Notes under the pieces: generated by a model
The model's input: the letters and a program-made list of their open reading frames with translations, nothing else
Told to the model about the DNA's origin: nothing
The model's database searches: none
Program-made: the position numbers and the translations under genes
Assembly: GCF_963853765.1 (NCBI RefSeq)
Contig: NC_088853.1
Span: 66,278,001 to 66,342,000 of the forward strand
Reading direction: 5' to 3'
Length of the DNA: 64,000 nt
From: Magallana gigas
Taxonomy: Eukaryota
Shown: piece after piece, positions 37,508-49,700 of the stretch
Layout: every line of letters begins with the position of its first letter
How positions within the stretch are numbered: position 1 is the stretch's first letter

Positions 37508-38370
37508 TTAGATTAAACAACTCCTAACACTTAACTATAAAGTAATGATCGAAAAAGCACTGAAAACGTTTCTTCAGCACACTTTCTTTTATTGAACTTT
37601 ATATATTTATCGATATCTTAGACGCGAGTATGATAACAAACCATGATTAACTAGACAAGATATTAATTTCATTATTATTATTTAATTGATTATAACATTC
37701 TTGATTCCTACTACGCTTAGTAAACTTTAAAACCTTAATGTATCAACAGTCATTCCAAGTGCAAAATAATTGAACTTCATAACAGAGAACACAAAGGACG
37801 TGTTATTACACTTTAGCGTAAACATTCACATTAAAGGGAATTTCACAGAAGTGCATTAAAGAAACAATGCTTGACACATAGTTTGGGCGATGTGTTTTAA
37901 GAATACCAAGAAAAGTGTGACATCGGCGTTGTTCTTCTTAAAGTCACTCTCATCTCATTGCAGGCACATAGCATTGTTTTTGAGAGTTTGGGGGGGGCAA
38001 AATTATTAAAAAAAGAAAGAAAAAAAAATTGACAAGCAAACAAAAAGGGGGTGGGGTTTTAAGAACATTAACATCATCCGGGGAGGTTGGGGTGGGGTAG
38101 GGGGGAGCAGAGCATATCATTAACTACATATAACAATAATATTGCTGTTAGTTTCCTTCCTTTCAATTCAATTTCATACATCCACCCCCCTCCAAAAAAA
38201 AAAAAAACAAGTGGGAGGCCGACTCCATTTTAATTCACTTTTATACATCTTAAATAAAACACAATGTTTGCTGACAGAAAGAGTGGGAGGAGACAGATCA
38301 TTAATCGTTATTTCGTATATTGTTTTCTAGTTATGTCAAAAATATACAGTTTTTCCCATAAATGAAGCAG

Positions 38371-38416
<46 letters not shown>

Positions 38417-40240
38417 AATTAAACAACTCCTAACACTCACTATAAACTAATGATTAAAAAATCACCGAAGACGTTTCTTCAGCACAGTTTTATTGAACGT
38501 TAGATATCTATCGATATCTTAGACGCGAGTATGTTAATAAACAATAAACACAAACCATAATTTACTAGACAAGATATTAATTTCATTCTTTTTATTTAAT
38601 TGATAACAACATTCTTTTGAATCCTACTCCGCATAGTAAACTTGAAAACCTCAATGTATTAGGAGTCTTTCCAAGTGTAAAATTATTGAACTTCATAAAA
38701 CAGAACACAAAGGACGTGTTATTACATGTTTATCTACATTGAACAGACGGAAACAACTGGTGGAGAAGAAATTCCCGCTAAAACTGAGTCAAGCATATGT
38801 GAAATAGATGTTTATTGTCATCATAGCTCTTTCTACAAAACAAAAAGAAAAACAAAACCTGCATTGTTCATTTTACTTCCGAGGTTTTACTTGAAAATAC
38901 TATCTTCTCTCGACGCTTTTCTCTGTTTCTTAGTTAATTAAGAAATATTTTACATAAGTGTTTAAAAGAAAGCACGCTTGACAAATTAATTGGACGTTGT
39001 GTATTAGGTACATGTATACTAGTTAAATGTTTAAAAGAAAGAATGTTTGACTAATTCTTGGAACGGTGTGTATTTGATACATATATACATGTTAAGTGTT
39101 TAAAAGAATTAAAAGAAAGAATGCTTGACAAATTATTGGGACGGTTTCAGGCACGTAATTTCGTTTTTGAAAATGGGGGGGGGGGGGGGGGGGGTCGCAG
39201 ATTCATCCAAGAAAATATTGACAAGCAAAGAAAAAAAAAACAATAAAAAGGAGGAAAAAAAGCGGGGGGGGGGGGGGTAGTAGTATACCCTTAACTTCAA
39301 TTTCATTGATTATTTCCTTATTTTCAATTCAATTTTATACATGGTCCCATAAAAGTGTGTGTGTGGGGGGGGGGGGGGGCAACTCCATGCTAATTATATG
39401 TTAATTAAATTTGTGGTATGTATATTTAAGAAAAATCTTTGCTGCGCAAAAAAGTGGGGGGCAGGTCCCCCTGATGCTATGTGTCTGCTATGTTTCTGGG
39501 TGCGTATTAGGTGCATTTGTACTAACTACTGTTAAAAATTATTTTCGAGTCCTAAGATGATGAAATAAAACTCTATATACAGGATGAAAGGCAATTTTGT
39601 TCCTACTTCGCCCACTCTCATGTATTAAACGTAGAAGTCATCTTCGGTTTGTAATTATCAAATTCCACACGAACAATTGGTTTGAAAAACAACATTGAAA
39701 GACTAAAGTAGCCGAGAAGAAAACTTTTTTTCAGATAAAAATGATGGAAGCACAAATTAAACAGACGTTTACTATCATCATTTGTTCTCTCCAAGATAAC
39801 ACCAGTTTCCGGTTTTTACTCCCTAGGCTTCATTACAAATATTTCCTATTTCAACACCTTTTATTTTTTATAAGTATAATATACTGATTTAAAAATACTA
39901 CACAAACATACATTTAAATGATAGTTTTATATAGAAACATGAGGAAGGAATCATGAGAAATAGTTGAGAATGTGAATGTCAAAGCTTTCATGTAGAATCA
40001 CACATAAGGGGACCGTGATGGGTGTAACACAGGGGACGTTAATTTAAAGCGGTGAAAGTAGATCATTGAGTATTCAAAGACTTATTATGTTTAATTAAAA
40101 TCGATTTATATAACCAAAAATATCGTATGGAAGACAGTGAGTATTGATAAACTACCTGTAGTAATATGGGAGTTAAGAAATTTTTGGAAAAGATCAAACA
40201 CTTCGACAATATGCAGGTGGGGGAGGCGCAACGCATTTTT
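34528..40240. repeat. Head-to-tail tandem duplication of a ~2.85-kb unit built from ~0.9-kb related subunits
   Basis: caatatacaggttttcccataactgaagcatatctct at ~34528 and 37381; gcaacgcattttt at ~37360 and ~40228; duplicated spurious ORFs at 35861 and 38726. Confidence 0.9.
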
Positions 40241-41501
40241 TTTTTAGGGAATTTTATTAAAAATGTCGATTCCTACTGCAGAACGTCCAAGTTTTTTCGT
40301 CTAAAACCATTCCAAGTGAATAAAAATTCTACATTTATGAAATAAAACCATCTCCAATGTATGAATTGGGGAATATTTAATCGAAAACCCGATGTTGCGT
40401 AGGGGGCTGTGATCTTGTAGCAAAGGGGGACTGTGACTATATTTCATATAACAAAATCCACATTTAATATAGCAATGAACATGTGGTTACTGGGTTCTAT
40501 ATGTATACAGCTTATTCCCCCCCCCCCCCTTTTGGGGGTTTTTCTTTTGGATCCTTTTTTAAAATGTCGATATTCTTTTATTCCTTTTATTATAAAAACC
40601 ATGATAAATGAAGATTGATGAATAAGGCGTTTGTAAACTGCCTATATGAGAATACATAAGAGACTGTAAAATTAAGATAATAACAAATCTCAAAATTTCT
40701 TTCTTAATTATTGACAACAATGAATACTTACCATAACATTTTTATAACCGTGTTAAATATTTCGAAATATTGATTTACACTCGCGTATGCGTGTCAAAAC
40801 CTGTTATAAGGAATTTCGGGCAAAAGAAAAGAAATTCTCTGGGCAGTCAATACTTCTCTATCACCTCCATGTCGTTCAGGAAACCTAGGGGGTCTCTGAA
40901 AACTCGTTTCTCTTCGTTATTTTCTCTGCACGACGTCGTCTGCTAGTATAAACACGGCGGTCATTTTTTTCTGTTTACGTGCACGTAGATCAATTAAGAG
41001 TGTCCATGGTTGCTCATAGACTAAAAAACAACTTCCATCGTAATTTGCAACTGACAACTTTAAGTGAAACGCACTTACGCGCTACGTTCACGTTTACGTT
41101 TACGATCTACGATACGTTAGTGAAACAGTCGCTTGGTGTGATATAGGACAGACGATATCCAAAAAAGGCATTCGCTGCTAAAAATAATCATTTCAAAAAT
41201 GTGATGGTGACACTGCCCTGGTCCCCTCACCCCCCCCCCCCCCTCTCCCCCCCACCCCCCCCCCCCCCACACACACACACAAGGTTTTAAAAAAATACAT
41301 CCCCATATAAGAAAGGATATATGATAGGGGCGATACAATAACAGATAGATAGGTTTACAATTACGATCTTCTTCACTTTACTCTTATATCTTCCATTAAA
41401 TAATTGAGATTGATAAAATATAAGATTAAATGATTATGGCAAATGTATTTAACGATGAATTTGATACAAAATTTATGTTAATTCCACCTTTATTTAACAA
41501 A

Positions 41502-42636
41502 CTATTGACTTATTAGGGTCTTCCGTTTTGAAATCACATCTCGAGAGAGAGCGTCCGAATTAAGATGCCTTTTGCCCGGCCAGTGGATGATTGTCATGTC
41601 ATACTGACTGAGTTTCTCAAGCCACCGTGCTATTTGTCCCTCTGGGTGACGAAAGTTAATTAACAAGGTCAAGCTATGATGATCTGTGCGGACGGTGAAC
41701 TTACGACCAAGGAGGTAATGTCGGAACTGACGGGTAAACCTGACTACTGCAAGCAACTCTTTAGGAGTAGTACAGTACCAACGCTGCTATGTGATTAACA
41801 CGGAACTTGCATACCCTATTGTTCGCTCATACCCATCCTGAATTTGACACAGTCCCCCGCCAATGGCGAGGTCTGAGGCGTCAGTATCCAGAAAGAAGTA
41901 CCCCTCCTGGGTCGGGATAGCCAATACTGGGGGGCTAGTCAGACGCGATATTAGGTTCTCGAAAGGCTTGTTCTTGTTCACTTTCCAACCAGAAGCCAGC
42001 CTTGTCCGTGATGGCATATAACGGGGCTGCAACGTCTAAAAAATGAGGGATAATGTTCCGGTGATAGTCCGCGAACCCTAAGAATCTCTCAACTGCCTTG
42101 GTATTTACGGGTCTTGGCCAATCTCGAACTGCTTCAATATATTGGTCACCCATTTCAACCCCCTCCGAGCTCACCAAGCGATCTAGAAACTCAACTTTTT
42201 GCCGGAAGAACTCGCATTTCCTTGACTTGAACTTAAGGCCTTACCGGCGGAATCTCTCGAATACTTGACGCAAGTTGTCCAGATGTGCTCGAGTGGACTA
42301 TCCGAGAATGAGAACATCCTCCAGGAAGGCCCGGGCTATCTTCCAATTTAACCGGTGAAGGACGAGATTGATAGCCCGGGCAAACGTAGCCGGAGCATTG
42401 CAAAGGCCAAACCCCTATCCTTGTGAACTCGAAAAGCCCATACTTGGTTATGAACGCTGTCTTTCTCCGATCCTCGGGGTTGACCGTAATCTGCCAATAC
42501 GCCGCGTTGGCATCGAGTTTTGAAAACAACCTGCCCCTTTTTCCGGACTTGTTGAATGACCTCGACGGAATTACTACTACCGGAAATTCATCTAAAGGCT
42601 CAAGAACAAAGTCACAGATTTCATTAGTTATCTCGC
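41502..42636 (-). pseudogene. Gypsy RT-RNase H remnant
   Basis: ORF fragments 42233-42676, 41935-42177, 41787-42032, 41502-41756 in shifting frames. Confidence 0.9.
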
Positions 42637-42638
42637 AA

Positions 42639-44365
42639 CGCAGTACAGTTAAGGCGGTCAATAAAAATATCGGCAAATTTTTGTGATGAAAACACGTATA
42701 CTTTAGTTAAATTGGCATGTCCTTTTTAAAATCAATAACAGTCACTCAAATGCAATATATTTCTAAAATATATATATAACAGTACAATATTTTATGTTCA
42801 TAGTGGTCACGTGATATGGCAGTCGCATGGTACAAGCAGATGTATTTGTGGTTTTGAGGTCATTTAAAAAATTCAATATTGCAAGGGCATAATCATGTCA
42901 AAATTCACAACTGAATTATGAAATAACTTGATGTTAAATCGTAGATTTTGAAAAACGGTGCGAACTTTTTAAGATAAGAATATTTGTTAGTAGAAACCGT
43001 AATTTATAATGCATATGTTGAATACTTTTGAAGGTCACAGGGTTAATTTCATTAAAAAATAATTAATTTGTAAGTTTTTAAAAGGATCGTAGAAGTTTTT
43101 AAGTTACATAGCATATTTCAAATGCACATGTAAAAGTTTGTCGGGATCAGGTAAGTGTATGCCCTTGCAATTAAGTGATTTATTTAGGTACTCAGATTTT
43201 AGATATACGATATTTTATACAAAACCGAGGTGGCTTCTTTATACGATGCATACTTTTAACAAAATGAAAATAAGACTATATAGGTAGCATTCTACTAATA
43301 ATAATTTTAAACAAAATATTCAGTTATACTTTTCCGTTAATGTATGACATTTATTTTTCTTCGCTATAAAACTGCACGATAGCCTTCAATGATTTAACTT
43401 AATGCGTCATTTTGAAGCATATGACGTCATATTTTGTAGTACAGCGAGAACGACATCTCGCTTATTTTTCAGTGTGTACGATATAACGGACATCAAAATT
43501 GTAAGTAATAGCATTTGTTGTTTTTAATTAAAAGATAAGTATAAGTTAATTTTACTAATAAATAGATTAAGGTAGTACAAAACAGATAGCGTAAATTTTT
43601 CCCATAATTCATTTTTTTTTAAAAATTGCACCAAATGTTAATCATATTGAACTGTATACGTATACAAAGTTTTTAAAAAAAAATCCACCATTAGTTTTCT
43701 CGTAATATAGGTCTTAACTATGGCTTCCGACACCCTGTTAAAAAGGTCTAATGTGGGCTCATCAGAATACATGATTTAAAAAAAAAATTGTCAAAATATT
43801 TTTGTTGAGCAAATATTTTTTAACAAAGAAATTAAGACATGTTAGACGTTAAAACAATAATAATTATTGACTTTGATAAATTTTTGTACCAATAAAATCA
43901 GTCCAATTAAAGTATATGCAAGAAGGCCCTACTATTGAGCTATTCGCCAAACTAAATACCGTTTTTATTTAAATTCCTATCATTCAAATTCCACGAAAAA
44001 CTATCATATAAATTGTTGGAATATGTAAATAATATTAAGTAAATACCAAAACAATTCCACCACTAGATATTTTTAAAAAGAAGTTTAAACCCCCCTCCCC
44101 CATTTAGTGATAAAGTATTATTTTTAAAACAGTTCTTGCACGCCGTGACGTCATAATAAGACATAGAACGTGACGTACGTCATTTATTTGTTTCTCGTAA
44201 ACGTTTGACTTGCGCAAGGATTTCCGAAGTGCTTGTTTTTCGGATACTGTTTTGTACTACCTTAATAAGTACTTTCGAGGTTTGTAACATACTGTGATGT
44301 CATAATGCACATTTCCCGTACTTTTTGTCTGAACGGAGTTTATTGACAGCCTTAACTGTGCTGCG
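42639..44365 (+). mobile_element. Non-autonomous DNA transposon with 27-bp TIR and 2-bp TSD (CMC/EnSpm-like), copy 1
   Basis: AA|CGCAGTACAGTTAAGGCGGTCAATAAA ... TTTATTGACAGCCTTAACTGTGCTGCG|AA. Confidence 0.8.
43571..44261. mobile_element. Kolobok-type MITE nested in copy 1
   Basis: TTAA|GGTAGTACAAAACAG ... CTGTTTTGTACTACC|TTAA; absent from copy 2. Confidence 0.85.
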
Positions 44366-44367
44366 AA

Positions 44368-45693
44368 TCAATCACCCCCACTGACAATGGAGGTAGACGC
44401 ACGCGACGCACCGAGACAGCTTGCTTGAAGAAAGAGTTTGGGTTTGCATTTAACATGGGCTGTATAGTCAGACTTGCCCCGACGCGGAACTCCCCTGTGC
44501 TGCAGTACAATTGAACTCCATGTTCCTGCATAAAATCATTGCCTAGGAGCATTTCATCATGAAGTGGGGCAACATACACAAGATGTCTTAACTGGGACCC
44601 CTATTTCTATAAGAGCATTCCTTAGAGAACCCACCGACATGGTTGCCCCGCCCCCAGCGAGTTTGACATCAATACTAGTGGAAATCTCAAGACGCGGAGA
44701 CATCTTATCATAAACCCGCTGCGGTATGATTGTAATATATATATATTGATATGCGCCACGCACTTTCCCCATAACCAAGGCCCCCGACCTAACTGATGGC
44801 ACAACTCGAGTGGCCGACCCTACTGTTGGAGTATCTGAGAATTGTACCTGCCTACCCTCAGCCTGTTTACGGGTACGCTGGCTCTGACGGTGTGATGAAT
44901 CAAGCCGCTGTCGATTTGGGCACTCTCTCCGAAAATTCCCCTGCTGATTGCATGCATAGCACAACCCAGACCCCCGCTGACGGCTGCAAGGATTTAGTGA
45001 AGAACCCCCCTGAGCCTCCACGGGTGTCATGTTCCCTCTGTTACTGGCCAAACTAGAGTGTGCGACGGACTCTTGTCTTGGTGAAACATCACGCCTTACT
45101 GAGTTGTAGGAATCGCTACGCGGTGCGGGCAAGGGAGATCTCGACTGCTCCCCACCGGACAACTGACCATCTCGCGACACAGAATGCACTCCCCTGCGTC
45201 GTGGCGCAAGAGCTTGTCGGCTCAGTTGGTATGTCTTGATCCTTTGCACAGCTTCGTCTACAGTGATAGGAGGATTATCAATGAGTTCCCGTCCGGCGAA
45301 CCGTAGAACTGCCTGCTCTTGGAGCACTTGTCCTTGAACTCTCGCCCCATAGAGCACGCTGCGCCACTTCCATAACCCTGTCCCCTCATTGCTCTAAACT
45401 CTCCTCGGACCCCTTGGTCATGGCGTTAAACTCTACCTGAGAGGCAGCTTGAAGTGTGCCCTTCCCAAACCGCTGCTCAAAGCGCAAAGCTAATTCCCCA
45501 AAGCTCATTTCTTCCCCCCGCGAGGAGAGGATATGAAAGTACTTTAACGCAGAGCCTCCAACTGACACACTTAGAACCAACAAACTGTCGTCATCTGTCC
45601 ACCCGTAGTACCTCGCTAAGGTTCGGAACTTGGCATAAAAGAACCCCCAATCTAAACTACCATTGTCCCGTAGACTTTTGGTCTCGGCTGAGA
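44368..45693 (-). pseudogene. Gypsy gag (capsid, zinc knuckle)-protease remnant
   Basis: ORF fragments 45386-45802, 44557-45357, 44352-44579. Confidence 0.88.
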
Positions 45694-45695
45694 TG

Positions 45696-46727
45696 CGCAG
45701 TACAGTTAAGGCGGCCAATAAAAATATCGGCAAATTTTTGTGATGAAAACGCATATACTTTAGTTCAACTGGCATGTCCTTTTTAAAATCAATAACAGTC
45801 ACTCAAATAATATATGTTTCTAAAATATATATATAAAAGTACAATATTTTATGTTCATAGTGGTCACGTGATATGACAGTCGCATGGTACAAGCAGATGT
45901 ATTTGTAGTTTTGAGGTCATTTATAAAATTCAATATTGCAAGGGCATAGTCATGTCAAAATTCACAACTGAATTATGAAATAACTTAATGTTATACCGTA
46001 GATTTTGAAAAACGCTGCGAACTTCGTGAGATAAGATTATTTGTTAGTAGTAACCGTAATTTATAATGCATTTGTTGAATAATTTTGAAGGTCACATGGT
46101 TAATTTCATTAAAAAATAATTAATTTGTAAGATTTTACAAGGATCGTAGAAATTTTTAAGTTACGTAGCATATTTCAAATATACATATTAAAGTTTGTCA
46201 GGATCAGTTAAGCGTATGACCTTGCAATTAAGTGATTTATTTAGGTACTCAGCTTTAAGATATACGGTATTTTGCACAAAACAGAGGTTGACTCTTTATA
46301 CGATGTATATTTTTATAACAAAATGAAAATAAGTCTATATAGGTAGCATTCTACTAATAATAATGTTAAACAAAATATTCATTTATAATTTTCCGTTAAT
46401 CTATGACATTTAATTTTTTGCTAAAAAACTGCATGATAGCCTTCAATGACTTAACTTAATGCGTCATTTTTGAGCATATGACGTCATGTTTTGTAGTACA
46501 GCGAGAACGAAATCTCGCTTATATTTCAGTGTGTAGGATATAACGGACTTCAAAATTGTAAGTAATAGCTTTTGTTGTTTTCAATTAAAAGGTTAGCATA
46601 AATTAATTTTGCTAATAAATTAATGAATAAGTAGTTTAGAGATTTTTAATATACTGTGATGTCATAATGTACATTTCCCGAACTTTATGTCTGAACGGAA
46701 TTTATTGACAGCCTTAACTGTGCTGCA
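45696..46727 (+). mobile_element. Same DNA transposon family, copy 2 (1032 bp)
   Basis: TG|CGCAGTACAGTTAAGGCGGCCAATAAA ... TTTATTGACAGCCTTAACTGTGCTGCA|TG; colinear with copy 1. Confidence 0.8.
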
Positions 46728-49700
46728 TGTTTCGCCCTGACGGCCCCCAACTACTGCTGGAGGTTGAGACGCTTCTCTCCGGCCTCCCCGGGGTCCCCAA
46801 TGACATGTTCTCCCTAACTAATGGGTAAGCAGACCTAACTTGACTATCAACTGTGACACTCCGTGGTGCCGGAGTACTGAAAGTGACAATGTACCCCTGC
46901 CCCAGGGATGAGAGCGAGTGGCTATGGGTTCCAGAGGGCTCTGAACAAGAATGCATACCCCCCCCCCCCTGTGAGATGACAGATTCTCAAGCACAGACGT
47001 ATCTGAGACTGCCCAACCATACAAGGGTTCCCCCAGGGCACGGCCCCTTTACTCTGACGGGTATGGACCCCGACATGGCTGTCCGAGGCATTGGTTCCCC
47101 CACTGCCTCCAGCACCCCTGGGCCTGACACTACAATCCCGTGGTGTTCCCCATACCCACTTGGCTCAACACCCGGCCGCTGCCCCCTCAACCTGCCCCTG
47201 CCCAGGAGAACCACCCCCATGAGGGCCACCCTCCCCCATGCTACCTGGTGTCGCCCGGGCAGTGCCCACAGTGTTTTCAGCCCTGGGAAAGCTAGTATCC
47301 ACTGGGGTGCCCAGTGTCTACACTCCCCTGGCTCACAGACCGCGAGCTCACTCCTGCCTCTGGCGGCAGGTTATATTGTGCTTTATCCCTCGGACTTGAT
47401 CCCTGAGACCGAGTTCCCCCCCCAAGGACCCTGACATTCCCACCAACAGTTGTGTAATCTGGGCTAACTGGGATTCCATAGCTCCAACCCGTGCCTGCAA
47501 TTCAGACACACCTTGGTCCCCCCGGGCAGACTCTCTGGTTTTAGGTCTGGCCATAATTACAGGGTCCCTTTGTCCTGCTCCAACATTAACCTGTTCTCCC
47601 TCAGCTGTCCCAAATACATTTGCTTCCCTTACAGCCCCACTTCTGTTCACCTCCCTAGTAAGGGACACATTTACTTTCCCTACCACAGTGCTATCCTCAA
47701 CTGTCCGGGCCTGAGGAGTACTGTAGACCGGTGGCCTAAATGGGGTCACAAATCCGAACAGTTGGTCAAAACTGTCAGGTACAGGGCCCCCCATGGCATC
47801 CATATCCCTTCCCTGGGCCCCAGCTAAGCCAGCCGGCTTAGCTCCATTGCCCCCTGGGACACCCATGCCACTCCTTTTCCAGGAACCGCCCCTACCTAAC
47901 CCAATTTTCCCCCACAACCAATATCAACAAATGTATGATTCACAGCTTCACAGCTAGTCACCGCCGTTGCCTAGCACGGCTATTTACATAAGCAAAAATA
48001 CAATTTAACTTTACAAAAAATTAAACATTACATATAATGTACAGAAGTAAACACATGGCCTAACCCCGCGGTGTCCCTTAGGCACAAGCCATAGGTGCAA
48101 CAAGCCAACAAATCAATTATGTATAAAATAATATGTTCTGGTGATTAAAGTCAAGGACTTACACTATCTGATTATCTCTGGTGGCTGCGCGTGGCTAACT
48201 CCACGATGTTCCCAGAAAATGACAAAAACCTGCGAACTCGGGACGTCGAGCCCGACACAAAAACAAAAAAGAAATACCCCCCCCCCCCAAACACACTACA
48301 ACACCTCGAGTACACCTGTTCAGACGTCCAAATATACACAGTTAGTTGTAAATTACAATGGCACCTTACAAGAAAGACAATAACACCTCTTGTGTATAGA
48401 ACCCAGATGAAAGGCAATGTTGTGTATCTGATCTGCTTCCGTACACGTGTATCGCACGAGTGATTTTTGTTCAAGTCATGACGTCATTACCAGCTATGCG
48501 GGAAATAAAGTTGAAAGTTGCTGTTATTTTATGAAATGCAGGTAAATTTTTAGTACACGTACAATGCTTGAATATAATTTAACAAGAGTTTGTACATGTA
48601 TGTATCTATAATCTATAATATTAAAGTGAATTTTTTTGTTTATTTATTGCTACATAACTAGCTGAAGTACTAATCATTCAAGTCACCGGTAATATGGGGT
48701 TATTTACTACAGCACATCCACATGTATTTAAAATAAACATGACCTGAAATATTTTCATTTCTCATTTTTAATTGGTTTAAAGTAAGGCTCTAAATTAATA
48801 AATCAGAAAGTGTTTTCAGATAACAGAAAATAAGACGTTTAAGCTCCCCACATTTTAATAGGACCGCCAGTTACAACATCACGTGTTTAGAAAAAAAAAC
48901 CCGATGAATTAAATTGATTTGCATTTTGATTATATATCAATTGACTAATACATATACTTGGTGAATTTATTTCAATTTATTAAAGAACAAATGAATTAAA
49001 AGGTACCCATTTACGTCGAGTTTTCAGATCACCAAAAATTAACTTTACTTTGAAAGCCCCTACAATTTCCAGGGTCCGTGCAACTTAAGTCGACATTCTG
49101 TTTTTTTTTTTTAATATGAAAAGGATATATATGTTTCAACCCTTTTTTAGCCATTATTTATTTATTTCTAAACATACACTATTTCAATCAACGTCTCAGA
49201 AAAACGAGATCCACGGAGTTACATGGGTGGCCACGGTGCGACACGGTGTTTTGTATTGAATTTTCCAATACACATACACTGTGTCACACCGTGTACACGG
49301 TGCAACACAGACAGTTTTCCACCGTGTTTTTTGCAAGGTGGGTGTCGGGATACTCGTGACCTGTACTGTATCTTTGTTGAAATATTAAGAACTTTACAAT
49401 AAGTGTTAAACATATTTAGAGTGGTATAGACTAATTTTGTCCCTATATACATGCAACTGTATCTATGAGCTGCATATGTAATTCCCTTAAACCAAACCCT
49501 TTCTCAGTCATTTACCTATTTTCGACCCTATCAGCTAGGCGTTCCTCTCTATCACAAGCTTAGCTAACTATCGTAAGTTTCTATTCATCTTTTTTCTCTG
49601 TTCTCGCTGCCTTTATCCAGGTTCTAGCAGCATCTCTCTCAGCCTATATCATGAGCCAAGCTTACTACAGTATGATCCCGCTCATCTGTTTTCACTGTTC

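Larger units (their letters stand above)
41502..48450 (-). mobile_element. Decayed Ty3/Gypsy LTR retrotransposon (gag-PR-RT-RNase H; integrase and LTRs not seen; right boundary approximate)
   Basis: gag DWGFFYAKFRTLARYYGW; zinc knuckle CYACNQQGNFRRECP; PR tail MLLGNDFMQEH; RT SKLDANAAYWQI..KTAFITKYGLFEF and FLED (FLDD variant); RNase H DTDASDLAIG, LLAVV, RTDHHSL, HLNSDALSR; stops and frameshifts. Confidence 0.92.

Noticed and set aside
35861-38941. Two near-identical 69-71-aa ORFs (MFIYIEQTETTGGEE...)
   Set aside because: They recur only because of the 2.85-kb tandem duplication; no domain or gene structure
46714-47917. GC-rich overlapping ORFs on both strands (up to 193 aa)
   Set aside because: They are the low-complexity N-terminal gag region of the Gypsy element and its antisense shadow, not host genes
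47920-48500. Possible 5' LTR and primer-binding site of the Gypsy element
   Set aside because: No second LTR copy in the window and no clear TG..CA or PBS, so boundaries cannot be supported
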